From a virus (taxonomy: Duplodnaviria > Caudoviricetes): 62,509 nt of DNA. How positions within the stretch are numbered: the stretch's first letter is position 1; each line of letters begins with the position of its first letter. The notes beneath the pieces were generated by a model, which saw only the letters and a list, made by a program, of their open reading frames with translations, ran no database searches and was not told the DNA's origin. The DNA is taken from positions 1 to 62,509 of IMG/VR virus record IMGVR_UViG_3300037452_000138; one strand, given 5' to 3'. Both the position numbers and the translations under genes were made by a program. Of the stretch, positions 34,161-42,890 are shown in pieces.

Positions 34161-36410
34161 GTGAATGTAAAGCTCGAAGCGGCTCTCGCATACTCCCGCA
34201 TGCGCTGGCGCATTTTCCCGTGCCACTCGATTGTGGATGGCCGATGCAACTGCGGCAAGAAGGACTGCGGGTCGCCAGGGAAACACCCGCGGACGCGCGG
34301 CGGGTTCAAGGACGCCACCGACGACCCCGCGCAAATAAAGCGGTGGTGGGGCCGCTGGCCGGACGCCAATATTGCACTGGCCACCGGCTCGGGTTTGGTG
34401 GTGCTCGACATCGACGGACAGGAGGGCAGCAATGAATTCAAGGCGCTGGTGGCGGCGAACGGTCCACCCCCTGAGACGCTTATCGCACAGACAGGACGCG
34501 GTTATCACCTTGTATATGCAACACGCCCTGATTCGCCTGAAGTACGGTCTTCGGCCCGGGGCCATGTACACGTCCGAGGGGAAGGTGGCTATTGTGTCGT
34601 GGCGCCTTCCAGTCACATATCAGGCAATGAATACAAATGGTTGCACAAAAAACCCGTAGCATTACTTCCGGAATGGTTGAGGCAATGGAGCCAAGGCTAT
34701 GAGATTACAAATAAAACTGCCGGGAGGCAGAGTTTTGACCATCTTGGTGCTATGCCAGCGTATCTTCAAGGATCGCAACGGGATATCTCCCAACAGTTAA
34801 ACGAGTCTCTTAAAGCCGTCTGGTCGATTCCCGAGGAAATGCGGCTCAAGTCGGCCTTATCCGCCATCGATGTCAAAGCCTGCGGCTACGAAGACTTCCT
34901 CCGGGTCGGCATGGCGCTGAAGGAACTGGATTGGGAGCGTTCAGACGGAACCTCAATTTCGTTCGATATCTGGGACGAGTGGTGCCAGCGATCCGAGCAT
35001 TACAACCAGGCCGGCCTCGAATTCAAATGGAAGTCGTTCCGCCGGACCGGGGTGACCGTGGGGACCGTCTACCACCTCGCCCAGCAGCACGGCTGGAACG
35101 GCGGGGCGCCGATGCCGCAGAACTTGGGCGCCGCCGCGCTGGCGAGCCCACCGGTGGGCGAGAAACCAGTCGGCCTCAATGGACACCACGCCGGCCCGGC
35201 GGCCCTGCCGGCGGCCTTCGGCGGCCTTAAACCGATCTTTTTCCCCGACATGACCGAGGAAGGCAAAATCAAGTCGACCATGTTGAACGCCAAGGTGGCG
35301 ATCGCCGCGCTGGGGCTGGAATGCCGCTACGACCTGTTCCACAACCGCATGCTGGTGGCGGGCGAACTGATAAACAAGTGGAATTCCAGCGAGTTGAGCG
35401 ACCATGTTGCCACCATGGTTCGGGATATCATCCGCTACCGGTTCGGATTCGACCCCAACAAGGCCAATGTGCAGGACGCCTGCGAGGCGCTGTGCCTGTC
35501 CCGCCGGTTCGACCCCGTGCTGGACTATCTGGACAGCCTGCGCTGGGACGGCCAGCCGCGGCTGGACCGCTGGATGAGCCAGTATTTGGGCGCCGCCGAC
35601 AACGACCTCAACCGCGCCATCGGCCGGCTGTCCCTGCTCGCCGCGGTACGACGCGCCCGCCGCCCCGGCGCCAAGTTCGACCAGATCATCGTGCTCGAAG
35701 GACCGCAGGGACAAGGCAAGTCCGAGGCGATCGAGATCCTCGCAGGCGCGGAAAACTTCTCGGACCAGTCGATCCTGGGGGTCGACGACCGCAAGCAGCA
35801 GGAGTTGACCGAGGGGGTGTGGCTGTACGAGATCGGCGAGTTGTCGGGCCTGCGGCGCGCGGAGATCGAGCACGTCAAGGCGTTTGCCTCCCGCAAGGTC
35901 GACCGTGCGCGGCCGGCCTATGGCCGCTACAGCGTCTCCCAGCCGCGCCGGACCGTGTTCTTCGCCTCGACCAATAAGGACGACTACCTGCAGGACGAGA
36001 CCGGCAACCGCCGGTTCTGGCCGGTGGCGCTGGGGCGCATCGACCTGGCCGGGCTGCGCCGTGATAGGGACCAGCTATGGGCGGAAACCAGTTTGCGGGA
36101 GGCGGCGGGCGAGTCGCACTTCCTGCCGGAATCGTTGTGGAAGGCGGCCGGCGACGTCCAGGAAAGCCGGAAAATCTATGACGAATGGACCGAAGCTATC
36201 AACCAGTACGTCACCCTGAAAAACCGGAACGAGGTCAGCATCACCGAGGTGCTGGCGGATAACCAGTTCCTGCAGCTGCGCGCCGGCGATATCGGGCAGA
36301 AAGAGCAAAGTCGCGCGGCACGGGTGCTGCGCGACCTCGATTTCGTGCGCTACCAGAAGCGGACCGCCGAAGGCAAGCGGATCTGGCGCTACCGTCGACC
36401 TTCGCCCTGA
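34161..36410 (+). CDS. Bifunctional primase-polymerase / PriCT-2 / VapE-like helicase
   Basis: PGKHP, ANIALATG, VLDID, TGRGYHL; VGMAL..WDEWC; GPQGQGKS, DETGNRRFWPV. Confidence 0.92.
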   Translation: MNVKLEAALAYSRMRWRIFPCHSIVDGRCNCGKKDCGSPGKHPRTRGGFKDATDDPAQIKRWWGRWPDANIALATGSGLVVLDIDGQEGSNEFKALVAANGPPPETLIAQTGRGYHLVYATRPDSPEVRSSARGHVHVRGEGGYCVVAPSSHISGNEYKWLHKKPVALLPEWLRQWSQGYEITNKTAGRQSFDHLGAMPAYLQGSQRDISQQLNESLKAVWSIPEEMRLKSALSAIDVKACGYEDFLRVGMALKELDWERSDGTSISFDIWDEWCQRSEHYNQAGLEFKWKSFRRTGVTVGTVYHLAQQHGWNGGAPMPQNLGAAALASPPVGEKPVGLNGHHAGPAALPAAFGGLKPIFFPDMTEEGKIKSTMLNAKVAIAALGLECRYDLFHNRMLVAGELINKWNSSELSDHVATMVRDIIRYRFGFDPNKANVQDACEALCLSRRFDPVLDYLDSLRWDGQPRLDRWMSQYLGAADNDLNRAIGRLSLLAAVRRARRPGAKFDQIIVLEGPQGQGKSEAIEILAGAENFSDQSILGVDDRKQQELTEGVWLYEIGELSGLRRAEIEHVKAFASRKVDRARPAYGRYSVSQPRRTVFFASTNKDDYLQDETGNRRFWPVALGRIDLAGLRRDRDQLWAETSLREAAGESHFLPESLWKAAGDVQESRKIYDEWTEAINQYVTLKNRNEVSITEVLADNQFLQLRAGDIGQKEQSRAARVLRDLDFVRYQKRTAEGKRIWRYRRPSP

Positions 36411-36415
36411 AAGTA

Positions 36416-36427
36416 GGGCTTCGGCCC
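36416..36427. terminator. Short C(UUCG)G hairpin between convergent genes
   Basis: GGGC-TTCG-GCCC; no clear U-tract. Confidence 0.35.
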
Positions 36428-36440
36428 GACAAGTCGGCCT

Positions 36441-37019
36441 TTACGTGAACGACCAGGTTGGGCCGACGGCGCTGGGACCGGCCGGCGTGGTCACGACCAC
36501 GGGCAGGCTGGCGCCGACGACAGCCGCGGGGGTCACTGCGGTCAACGTGGTATCATTTTTCACAGAAAAAGAAGCTGCCGGGATGCTGGAGAACGTCACC
36601 TGGGTGGTGCCGGTGAAGTTGGCGCCGGTCAGGGTCACCAGCGTGCCGCCGGCGGCCGGACCGGATGTCGGGCTGAGCGAGGTGACCTCGGGCAATGCGG
36701 GAGGCGGCGGGGGAACCGGGGCGGCCAGCGAGTTGTTGAGGACGGCGGTCATGTCCTTGATTTTCTGCACGCTGGCCTCGATCGCCGGGGAGTTGTTGAC
36801 GCCTTGCGCGTTCATGGCGGCCTGGAGGGCGACGACTTCGGCGGCAATGGCGGTGCCAATGCCGGTAATGGCTGACTGGAGATCGGCGAGGGCTTGGGCT
36901 TCGGTGGCGGCCATGAGCTGGAATCCTTCCTTGATGGCGGTTGAAATGCGGTGCGCGGCGTGGCCGATCGCTTCGATCAAGTCGTCGCTATGGCGTTCGG
37001 CCGGCTCTTTCCACGGCAT
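36441..37019 (-). CDS. Coiled coil plus IPT/TIG (Ig-like) domain protein
   Basis: PEVTSLSPTSGPAAGGTLVTLTGANF...VVVTTPAG; alternative start at 36914. Confidence 0.8.
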   Translation of the reverse strand: MPWKEPAERHSDDLIEAIGHAAHRISTAIKEGFQLMAATEAQALADLQSAITGIGTAIAAEVVALQAAMNAQGVNNSPAIEASVQKIKDMTAVLNNSLAAPVPPPPPALPEVTSLSPTSGPAAGGTLVTLTGANFTGTTQVTFSSIPAASFSVKNDTTLTAVTPAAVVGASLPVVVTTPAGPSAVGPTWSFT

Positions 37020-37081
37020 AAGCGACGTTTCCGGGGGAGTACGGAGAACGGCATAGCACGGGTTTGGTTGCGTGGCTAGGG

Positions 37082-37171
37082 CTATCGCCCCTTGAGCCAC
37101 GGCGGCGAGATCCGCCAGATCAGCCATCCGGCCGCGGCGCCGAGGGCCAGGTGGGCGAGGAAGGAGGTCAC
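37082..37171 (-). CDS. Small membrane peptide (29 aa, not in track)
   Basis: GTGA overlap; MTSFLAHLALGAAAGWLIWRISPPWLKGR. Confidence 0.4.
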   Translation of the reverse strand: MTSFLAHLALGAAAGWLIWRISPPWLKGR

Positions 37172-37479
37172 GTCGTCAGCGCTGCAATGGCAAAATCAAT
37201 ATCGGATAACGTATCCGGGCAGACGACAGCGCAGTGCAGCGAAATAGCCTGTTTTGCCGCGCGCAAGGCGCATAGCGCGAACCATGCGGAACGGTCGTAT
37301 TCCTGTCCCCACTCCCGCTTATAGTCGACGGCGAGCTGGCGCTGCTGCTTTGGCGTGATAACCACCGAATCGGGGTAACGCGCTTTGAGCCGGTCGCTGG
37401 TGCGTTGCGCATAGACCCACTTCGGGCCGTAGCGCTCGACGATGAATTCGCCGAATGATTTTTGCACTAAAAAAGTCAT
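37168..37479 (-). CDS. Hypothetical early protein
   Basis: GAGGGAG SD-like sequence upstream. Confidence 0.55.
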   Translation of the reverse strand: MTFLVQKSFGEFIVERYGPKWVYAQRTSDRLKARYPDSVVITPKQQRQLAVDYKREWGQEYDRSAWFALCALRAAKQAISLHCAVVCPDTLSDIDFAIAALTT

Positions 37480-37512
37480 CCCAAATGCTCCCTCTTGTCT
37501 CGCCGAAGCGCA

Positions 37513-37719
37513 CTATTGCGCGAAGGCGGATGCGTTGTTGAATGCGTCGGCGATTACCGCGGCGGCCTCGTCGCGGGTAGCAAACTCCTTGGCGCCCCAT
37601 TGCCCGAGGGCGCCTACCAGCCAATGCCTGCCGTCGTAACCCAGCCAGGCGCCGTGGTACTCGTACAGGCTGGGGGACTCGGCGCGGAAGGTGAGGCCGG
37701 CGAGGGTGCGGGTGGTCAT
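37513..37719 (-). CDS. Hypothetical early protein
   Basis: AGGGGA SD. Confidence 0.65.
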   Translation of the reverse strand: MTTRTLAGLTFRAESPSLYEYHGAWLGYDGRHWLVGALGQWGAKEFATRDEAAAVIADAFNNASAFAQ

Positions 37720-37738
37720 CTGCTAATCCCCTAGTTAT

Positions 37739-37770
37739 GGCCGCCACACCCGTTTAAAAGTGTGGCGGCC
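37739..37770. other. Intergenic 11-bp hairpin
   Basis: GGCCGCCACAC-N10-GTGTGGCGGCC. Confidence 0.55.
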
Positions 37771-37778
37771 GGTTAAGT

Positions 37779-38165
37779 CTACTCCTTCTCGGGCGCGATG
37801 CGATAGCGCTTGATGGACTGGGCCTGGATGTTCTCGCCCTTGGTTCGCAAGCGCGTTATCAGCGAGTGGACGCGGTTGGCGGACCAGCCGCTTGCCGCGC
37901 ACAATGCCGCGATCTCCTGCCATCCCGAGCGCAGCATGTCCGTGATCTTGACGGTCTCCGGCGATGTCGGGCGCACGGGCGCCGCGGCCGGCAGCTGTTC
38001 CTCGGCCATGATGTCAAGCGCGGCCTTGAGATAGCGGCGGGCCGACTCGGTGTCGCCTTGCTGGCGAGCATGATCGGCTCGCAACAGCAAATCGCGGGCC
38101 ACGGTGTACAGGTCGTCGGAGACAGGCGCTTCCTGCACCATTTCCACTTCTGGGGCACTCAACAT
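37779..38165 (-). CDS. Hypothetical protein with C-terminal winged-HTH
   Basis: IAALCAASGWSANRVHSLITRLR...RYRI; GGAAGGGG SD. Confidence 0.65.
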   Translation of the reverse strand: MLSAPEVEMVQEAPVSDDLYTVARDLLLRADHARQQGDTESARRYLKAALDIMAEEQLPAAAPVRPTSPETVKITDMLRSGWQEIAALCAASGWSANRVHSLITRLRTKGENIQAQSIKRYRIAPEKE

Positions 38166-38216
38166 TTGCATTCCCCTTCCATGTTGCCGGGGACAGAATT
38201 GTCCCCGGACACTGTT

Positions 38217-38245
38217 GTATACATTGTATCGACGGCGGCTGCAAG
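38217..38245 (-). promoter_or_regulatory. Promoter with ATACATTGTAT palindrome (38219-38229)
   Basis: TTGCAG-N17-TATACA on the minus strand. Confidence 0.55.
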
Positions 38246-38263
38246 CCGTTTTCTGTCGTATGG

Positions 38264-38659
38264 TTATTTGCAGACGACAATGCCGCGAGAGTAGCAGGAG
38301 TCCATGGTGGCCCCTTCCGGAATGTCGCCGGGCCGCAGGATGTACAGCGCGGCACCGCGGGGATCTCCCTGCACGTAGGACTCGAAGCCGGGATAGCGGG
38401 CCATGATCGCGGCCAGGCGCTTGAGGGCGCCGCGCTCGCGGTCGGCGATCCTGCTCCTGCCGCGCGGGCCTTTGTTGCCGGGCCAGTCCCATGTAAGATA
38501 GGGGACGTCGGTTTCGTCCTCGCGTTCGATGCAGCCGGCATCCGTGCCGCATTCCAGCTCGTGCCAGCGGTGCAGCGTCATCGAGATGCGGCGCAAGGAC
38601 ATGGCGTCCTCGTACGAGAAGCCGGCGTTTTCCAAGGTGTGGACGCAATCATATTTCAT
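38264..38659 (-). CDS. Hypothetical early protein
   Basis: AAGGGG SD; TLHRWHELEC and YVQGDPRGAALYI motifs. Confidence 0.75.
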   Translation of the reverse strand: MKYDCVHTLENAGFSYEDAMSLRRISMTLHRWHELECGTDAGCIEREDETDVPYLTWDWPGNKGPRGRSRIADRERGALKRLAAIMARYPGFESYVQGDPRGAALYILRPGDIPEGATMDSCYSRGIVVCK

Positions 38660-38685
38660 TTTGGTTCCCCTTTGAGGTTTGGTGG

Positions 38686-39081
38686 TTAGCGGTGGCTGGC
38701 GAGCAATTCCAAACCTTGCGCCAGTTTGGAAGTGAACTCGTCAAGCGTCGCGGCGATCGTCGTGGCCTTCTGCTTGTGATAGGTGTTGAGCGAGCCGACG
38801 CGCCAAAATGTGTCGGGATAGGTCTTGGCGCGGTCGCCGTCCGGCGCGCGGTTCATGTGCCAATGACCCAGGAAGGCGCCGATTTTCTCGCCGCCGTCGA
38901 AATGCATCATGCAGGCGTATGGGCCATAGTGCAGGTCAAGCCCGACTTCGCGCGGTCCGTTGAACTCGTGCAGTTCCACGGCAGCGCCAGCAAAGCGCTC
39001 GGCAACCAACCGGACGGCGGTGAGACAAAGCTCGCGGCCTTTTTTGGTAGCACAAAGCCTGTCGTATTCGTTGTCGCGCAT
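38686..39081 (-). CDS. Hypothetical early protein
   Basis: GGAG SD. Confidence 0.7.
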   Translation of the reverse strand: MRDNEYDRLCATKKGRELCLTAVRLVAERFAGAAVELHEFNGPREVGLDLHYGPYACMMHFDGGEKIGAFLGHWHMNRAPDGDRAKTYPDTFWRVGSLNTYHKQKATTIAATLDEFTSKLAQGLELLASHR

Positions 39082-39109
39082 TTGATTCGCTCCGGTTGGG
39101 GGTGAGGGG

Positions 39110-39418
39110 TTAGACTTCCAAGATGGCGCCGCGCGACACGGCGAATATTTGTTGCCTCAATTTTTGCATGGCGCGGAAATTGTCATCGCGCCGGGCTTGG
39201 AAGTGGAAAGCCGACATGCCGGTATCGGTTTCTTTCAATCCCGTGGTGCAGCACGGATAAGAGCGGCCGCTTTCAAGGTAGCGAGCTGGTGCGCGGCAAT
39301 CGAGCGACCGATCCAGGGTGTAGCCTAGCGCGGCAAAGCGCGCGGCGAATTGCTTGACGGTCAAATGCTCGCAACCGTGCGCAAGGAGGTGCGCAATCTC
39401 TTGTTCCAAGGCGCTCAT
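39110..39418 (-). CDS. Hypothetical early protein
   Basis: AAGGGG SD. Confidence 0.7.
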   Translation of the reverse strand: MSALEQEIAHLLAHGCEHLTVKQFAARFAALGYTLDRSLDCRAPARYLESGRSYPCCTTGLKETDTGMSAFHFQARRDDNFRAMQKLRQQIFAVSRGAILEV

Positions 39419-39437
39419 GGTAGTTCCCCTTGCGTGG

Positions 39438-39662
39438 TTAGACGCGTTCGGACGTGAACGTGCAAAGCGGAAAATGCTTGCGCGCGTGTTGTCGGCACAG
39501 CGACTCGGCCGCAGCGCGAGCGCGCACCGTGCGGGGATAGGTGGCGTAGTTCCGGGAATGGCCGATCAAGAGCCAAGTTTTCCCGTCGCTCGCCAGAACG
39601 AACGCGGCGCCATAAGAGGCGGTGCCATCGCGGTTGTCGCGGACTTCAGTTTTGTATTTCAT
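39438..39662 (-). CDS. Hypothetical early protein
   Basis: GGAAGGGG SD; promoter upstream. Confidence 0.65.
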   Translation of the reverse strand: MKYKTEVRDNRDGTASYGAAFVLASDGKTWLLIGHSRNYATYPRTVRARAAAESLCRQHARKHFPLCTFTSERV

Positions 39663-39693
39663 GGCGGTTCCCCTTCCGTTGTTCGGTCCACGC

Positions 39694-39721
39694 AAGATAC
39701 ATTGTATAGCCAGGCTTGCAA
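39694..39721 (-). promoter_or_regulatory. Promoter with ATACATTGTAT palindrome (39697-39707)
   Basis: TTGCAA-N16-TATCTT on the minus strand. Confidence 0.6.
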
Positions 39722-39802
39722 GGGGTTTATTATCACGAAAGCGTGATTACAACGGGTGACGCGGTTTGCTATGGTGCTTGATGTATTACAATGGAGGATA
39801 GC

Positions 39803-40018
39803 ATGACATTTTTTATAGAAAGCGGCGTTCCCATGCCTGCAGGTCAAACCAGGCGCAAGTATCCTTTCCGGGATATGCAGATCGGGCAATCGTTCGCGGT
39901 CGCCAAGGGTGAGGGGAAACGATTGAGGATGGCAGCAGCACACATGACCATGCGAACGGATATGCGGTTCGTGGTGAGGGCTAGCGAGCTGGAAGTGCGG
40001 TGCTGGCGGGTCGAATGA
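39803..40018 (+). CDS. Small putative DNA-binding phage protein
   Basis: GGAGG SD; IESGVPMP...KYPFRDMQIGQSF...VRCWRVE. Confidence 0.7.
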   Translation: MTFFIESGVPMPAGQTRRKYPFRDMQIGQSFAVAKGEGKRLRMAAAHMTMRTDMRFVVRASELEVRCWRVE

Positions 40019-40021
40019 GGC

Positions 40022-40312
40022 GTCACCACTATCCGGTGACGGTTTCGGATAGTGGTGACTCAAAAAACCCTTGCGCCGCAGTCACCGGCACCACGTCTCC
40101 ACTTGTCTCCACTTCTTTATATATGGATTTGTAGAAAGGGGTACAAGGGTGACATGGTGCACATAAGCATGTAACCACTATGTATCGGTAGTACGGGAAT
40201 AAGAGGGAAAAAAAGTGGAGACAGTGAAGGCACCGGTGACAGCGTTGATATTGCTAAGGAAATCGAGTTTTTTAAGCGGTGACAGTACCGGTGACGGACC
40301 GGTGACGGTGAC
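40022..40312. repeat. Non-coding GGTGAC/GTCACC repeat cluster, candidate replication origin
   Basis: Ten hexamer copies, a 14-bp hairpin, and GTCTCCACTT direct and inverted copies. Confidence 0.6.
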
Positions 40313-40324
40313 ATAAAATAGGTG

Positions 40325-40353
40325 TTTACGCGGTAATTTATACAATGTATAAG
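40325..40353 (+). promoter_or_regulatory. Promoter with TTATACAATGTATAA palindrome (40338-40352)
   Basis: TTTACG-N17-TATAAG. Confidence 0.6.
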
Positions 40354-40382
40354 GTGATTTGTGGATTCGGATGGAGGATAAA

Positions 40383-40664
40383 ATGACAGTTTCAGCTAAC
40401 GCAAGAGCGGTTTTAGCTTGGTGTGCAACGCACCAGGATCCAACTGCTACGCGCTATGTGGACGGTAAGTCTTGCCCGGTCGTTAATCTTAATTGGCACG
40501 GCATGGCGCAGGCTCAAGGGTTCCGAGACGATAACACGCCAGGCGCTACGCGTTCGACGTTGAATGCTTTGGATGAGTTGCGCGCGGCCGGGCTCTTGGC
40601 ACACTATGATGAAGGCATCGAAACTTTCGGGCACACGACTACGGTTTTCGTGACGCAGGACTAA
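40383..40664 (+). CDS. Hypothetical protein, possible winged helix
   Basis: GGAGG SD; RSTLNALDELRAAGLL. Confidence 0.65.
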   Translation: MTVSANARAVLAWCATHQDPTATRYVDGKSCPVVNLNWHGMAQAQGFRDDNTPGATRSTLNALDELRAAGLLAHYDEGIETFGHTTTVFVTQD

Positions 40665-40698
40665 GAGTGTCAATACACTATTCGCGCGGGTTTAGCGC

Positions 40699-41001
40699 TT
40701 AGCGTTCCACGCCATGACGTTGCGCTAGCCATCGCGCTAGATTGAACGCTCCTGCTTTCTTGCCGGGGCGTTCTTTCGTTTGTTCGGCGATCTCCGCGAC
40801 CGTGGCCAGCTCGGACATTCGCGCGCGGATCTGTGTTGCCAGGAACTGCAGCGCCCAACGTGGTGCGTGACGTCGGCCGGCAAGCCAATGGTTCGCTACT
40901 TCGCGGGATACCCGGTTAGCGAGTAACGCCGCGGCTTGGCTTCCACTGGCGCCAGGCTGCAAAGCGTCGACGGCTTGCCGGAACGGCGGAACGTCTCGCA
41001 A
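40699..41001 (-). CDS. Putative HTH protein
   Basis: AAALLANRVSREVANHWLAGRRHAP; GGAG SD before TTG. Confidence 0.55.
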   Translation of the reverse strand: MRDVPPFRQAVDALQPGASGSQAAALLANRVSREVANHWLAGRRHAPRWALQFLATQIRARMSELATVAEIAEQTKERPGKKAGAFNLARWLAQRHGVER

Positions 41002-41527
41002 ATCGAAATTCTCCGTGTGGCCTAGAGGGGCTTTCTATACCGCTTCGCACATAATGCATACTACCACACCAGACTCACCCCTAACCACCATCCAACCCGC
41101 GATCCCAGATCGCCAGGAACCCCCATCCCCTCGCCGCTCGTATATCTCACTCAAGAGTGTGATACGTTCCGATAGCCAACTATTTTTGTTTGATAATATA
41201 ATCAATAGCTTAGGAGGATTTTTGCAGGTGACTACGTGCAGAACGCCAGCGCGGCCAGGTGCCGGTTCCACGTCCGGCCGACCTCGATAGTCACGCTTCT
41301 GTGATGATTCGCGCGGAGCGTGCGCGAGGTCGGCGGCCCAACCGGGAGTGTATTTATGGGTACGTCCGACCCTACGGTCCCAAATTTTTTTCAGAAAAAA
41401 CTTGCGATTCGCAACTAATTAAATTACCGTCCCCCACGCCACTTAAAACACTCACCACCGACCCCCAAACGCTCACCCGTTCGTTTCTACGCCCTCACCG
41501 CTAAAAACACCGGAGAAAGATACGCAG

Positions 41528-41797
41528 ATGTCCAGCGATGCCAATGCCTCCTTTGAGCCGTTTATCACTGTGTCGCTCGGTAATGTGCGCCAGCCTTATC
41601 AGTCGCATAGCACGACCATGATTGCGATCGGTTCGCACGCCCCCGGCGTCACCTCCATCCACTGGCACGACGCGCCGACCGCTCGCCGCTTGGTTGCTAC
41701 AATCAACAAGCTGATTGACGTGCTCGATCCCCCGCCGACTGCCGCAGTGCAGAAACCCGCTAGGCGGCTCTCCAAACTGCACAAAGGAAGCCGTTAA
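41528..41797 (+). CDS. Hypothetical protein
   Basis: First ORF of the rightward operon; TAATG coupling to the next gene. Confidence 0.5.
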   Translation: MSSDANASFEPFITVSLGNVRQPYQSHSTTMIAIGSHAPGVTSIHWHDAPTARRLVATINKLIDVLDPPPTAAVQKPARRLSKLHKGSR

Positions 41798-41964
41798 TGC
41801 CTCCCCTCACCCCCGAACAGGTCATCCACCAGCTCCGTGCCCCGCTCGAGCCCTCCCATGGAATCTACGAGGTCTACCGTCGCGCCCTCGACGGTCTCGC
41901 CACGCTGATCGAGCAGAACGAGGCGATCCTGGCCGAACTCAGGCCGCAGCCGAAGGAGAAGTAA
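41797..41964 (+). CDS. Hypothetical protein (55 aa, not in track)
   Basis: AAGGA SD; MPPLTPEQVIHQLRAP... Confidence 0.55.
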   Translation: MPPLTPEQVIHQLRAPLEPSHGIYEVYRRALDGLATLIEQNEAILAELRPQPKEK

Positions 41965-41965
41965 G

Positions 41966-42181
41966 GTGCCGATCGATCAGCCGTCAGCAATCATCGAACA
42001 GACAACGCCGGGAAAGCACTTCTCGGTTTACAAAGCCCGCAACGGATGGTGGGCGCACATCGAAGGTCACGCCTATCCGTTCGGGGCATGGCGTATGGAT
42101 CGCGGCCCTTACCTGTTTCGGTGGATGGCTGAACTGGAGTTTCCGATCGAACGGCTAACAAAAGATGGGCCGCGGCGATGA
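41966..42181 (+). CDS. Hypothetical protein
   Basis: AAGGAG SD before GTG. Confidence 0.6.
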   Translation: MPIDQPSAIIEQTTPGKHFSVYKARNGWWAHIEGHAYPFGAWRMDRGPYLFRWMAELEFPIERLTKDGPRR

Positions 42182-42417
42182 CTGCTGACCGCTGCCCCCG
42201 CAACCATCTCTACACACCGCAGACCGAGAAGTGGTACACCCATTCCAACGGCAAGCGGTACCGGACCTGTGGCGCCTGTGCCGCGATGCGAGCCCGATTG
42301 AGGTACCGCCATGACGCCGCGTTCAGGGAGCGGGAGAAGCAGCGAGGCATCGCCCGATACTGGGCCGCCTGCGAAGCCAAAACCCAACCGCAATACGATC
42401 GCCACGCGCCCGCATAA
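42178..42417 (+). CDS. Small Zn-finger protein
   Basis: CPRNH...RTCGAC. Confidence 0.6.
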   Translation: MTADRCPRNHLYTPQTEKWYTHSNGKRYRTCGACAAMRARLRYRHDAAFREREKQRGIARYWAACEAKTQPQYDRHAPA

Positions 42418-42480
42418 GCACGTCGAGAGGACTAAGGCCGAGATGTACGAGGATCTGCGCAAGGCAGTGGAGAATACGAA

Positions 42481-42609
42481 ATGAACGATCTTATTTGGAT
42501 TGGCAACACGTTGTATCTCCGCTGGTTCGTCATTGCCGTGCCAGTAACGGTGCTACTGGTGATTATCGTGGTAGCCGCTGTCGCGGCACATCTATCGGAT
42601 AAGGAATGA
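42481..42609 (+). CDS. Small membrane protein (42 aa, not in track)
   Basis: GGAG SD; one TM segment. Confidence 0.5.
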   Translation: MNDLIWIGNTLYLRWFVIAVPVTVLLVIIVVAAVAAHLSDKE

Positions 42610-42890
42610 CCCCCTCCCAACTCGAAACCGCCGCCCACAAAATCTATGGCCGCAAGAAGTGGAAGCCTTCTCTCGCCCGCGACCTCGGGGTGGACACCAG
42701 CACGGTGTTCCGGATCATGCATCGCGAGCAGGTGCCGGGGCCGGTGGAGGTGGCGGTCAAGGGGCTGCTGCAGAACCGGCTGGCGCAGATCAGGCTGGAG
42801 AAGGAGGCCCGCAGGCTGCTGCCGCGCATCCGGCGCGTGCGCATCAAACCGCCGAAGCAGCGAGAGAAAATAAAGGCAGCAGGCACATGA
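42606..42890 (+). CDS. HTH DNA-binding protein
   Basis: WKPSLARDLGVDTSTVFRI. Confidence 0.75.
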   Translation: MTPSQLETAAHKIYGRKKWKPSLARDLGVDTSTVFRIMHREQVPGPVEVAVKGLLQNRLAQIRLEKEARRLLPRIRRVRIKPPKQREKIKAAGT

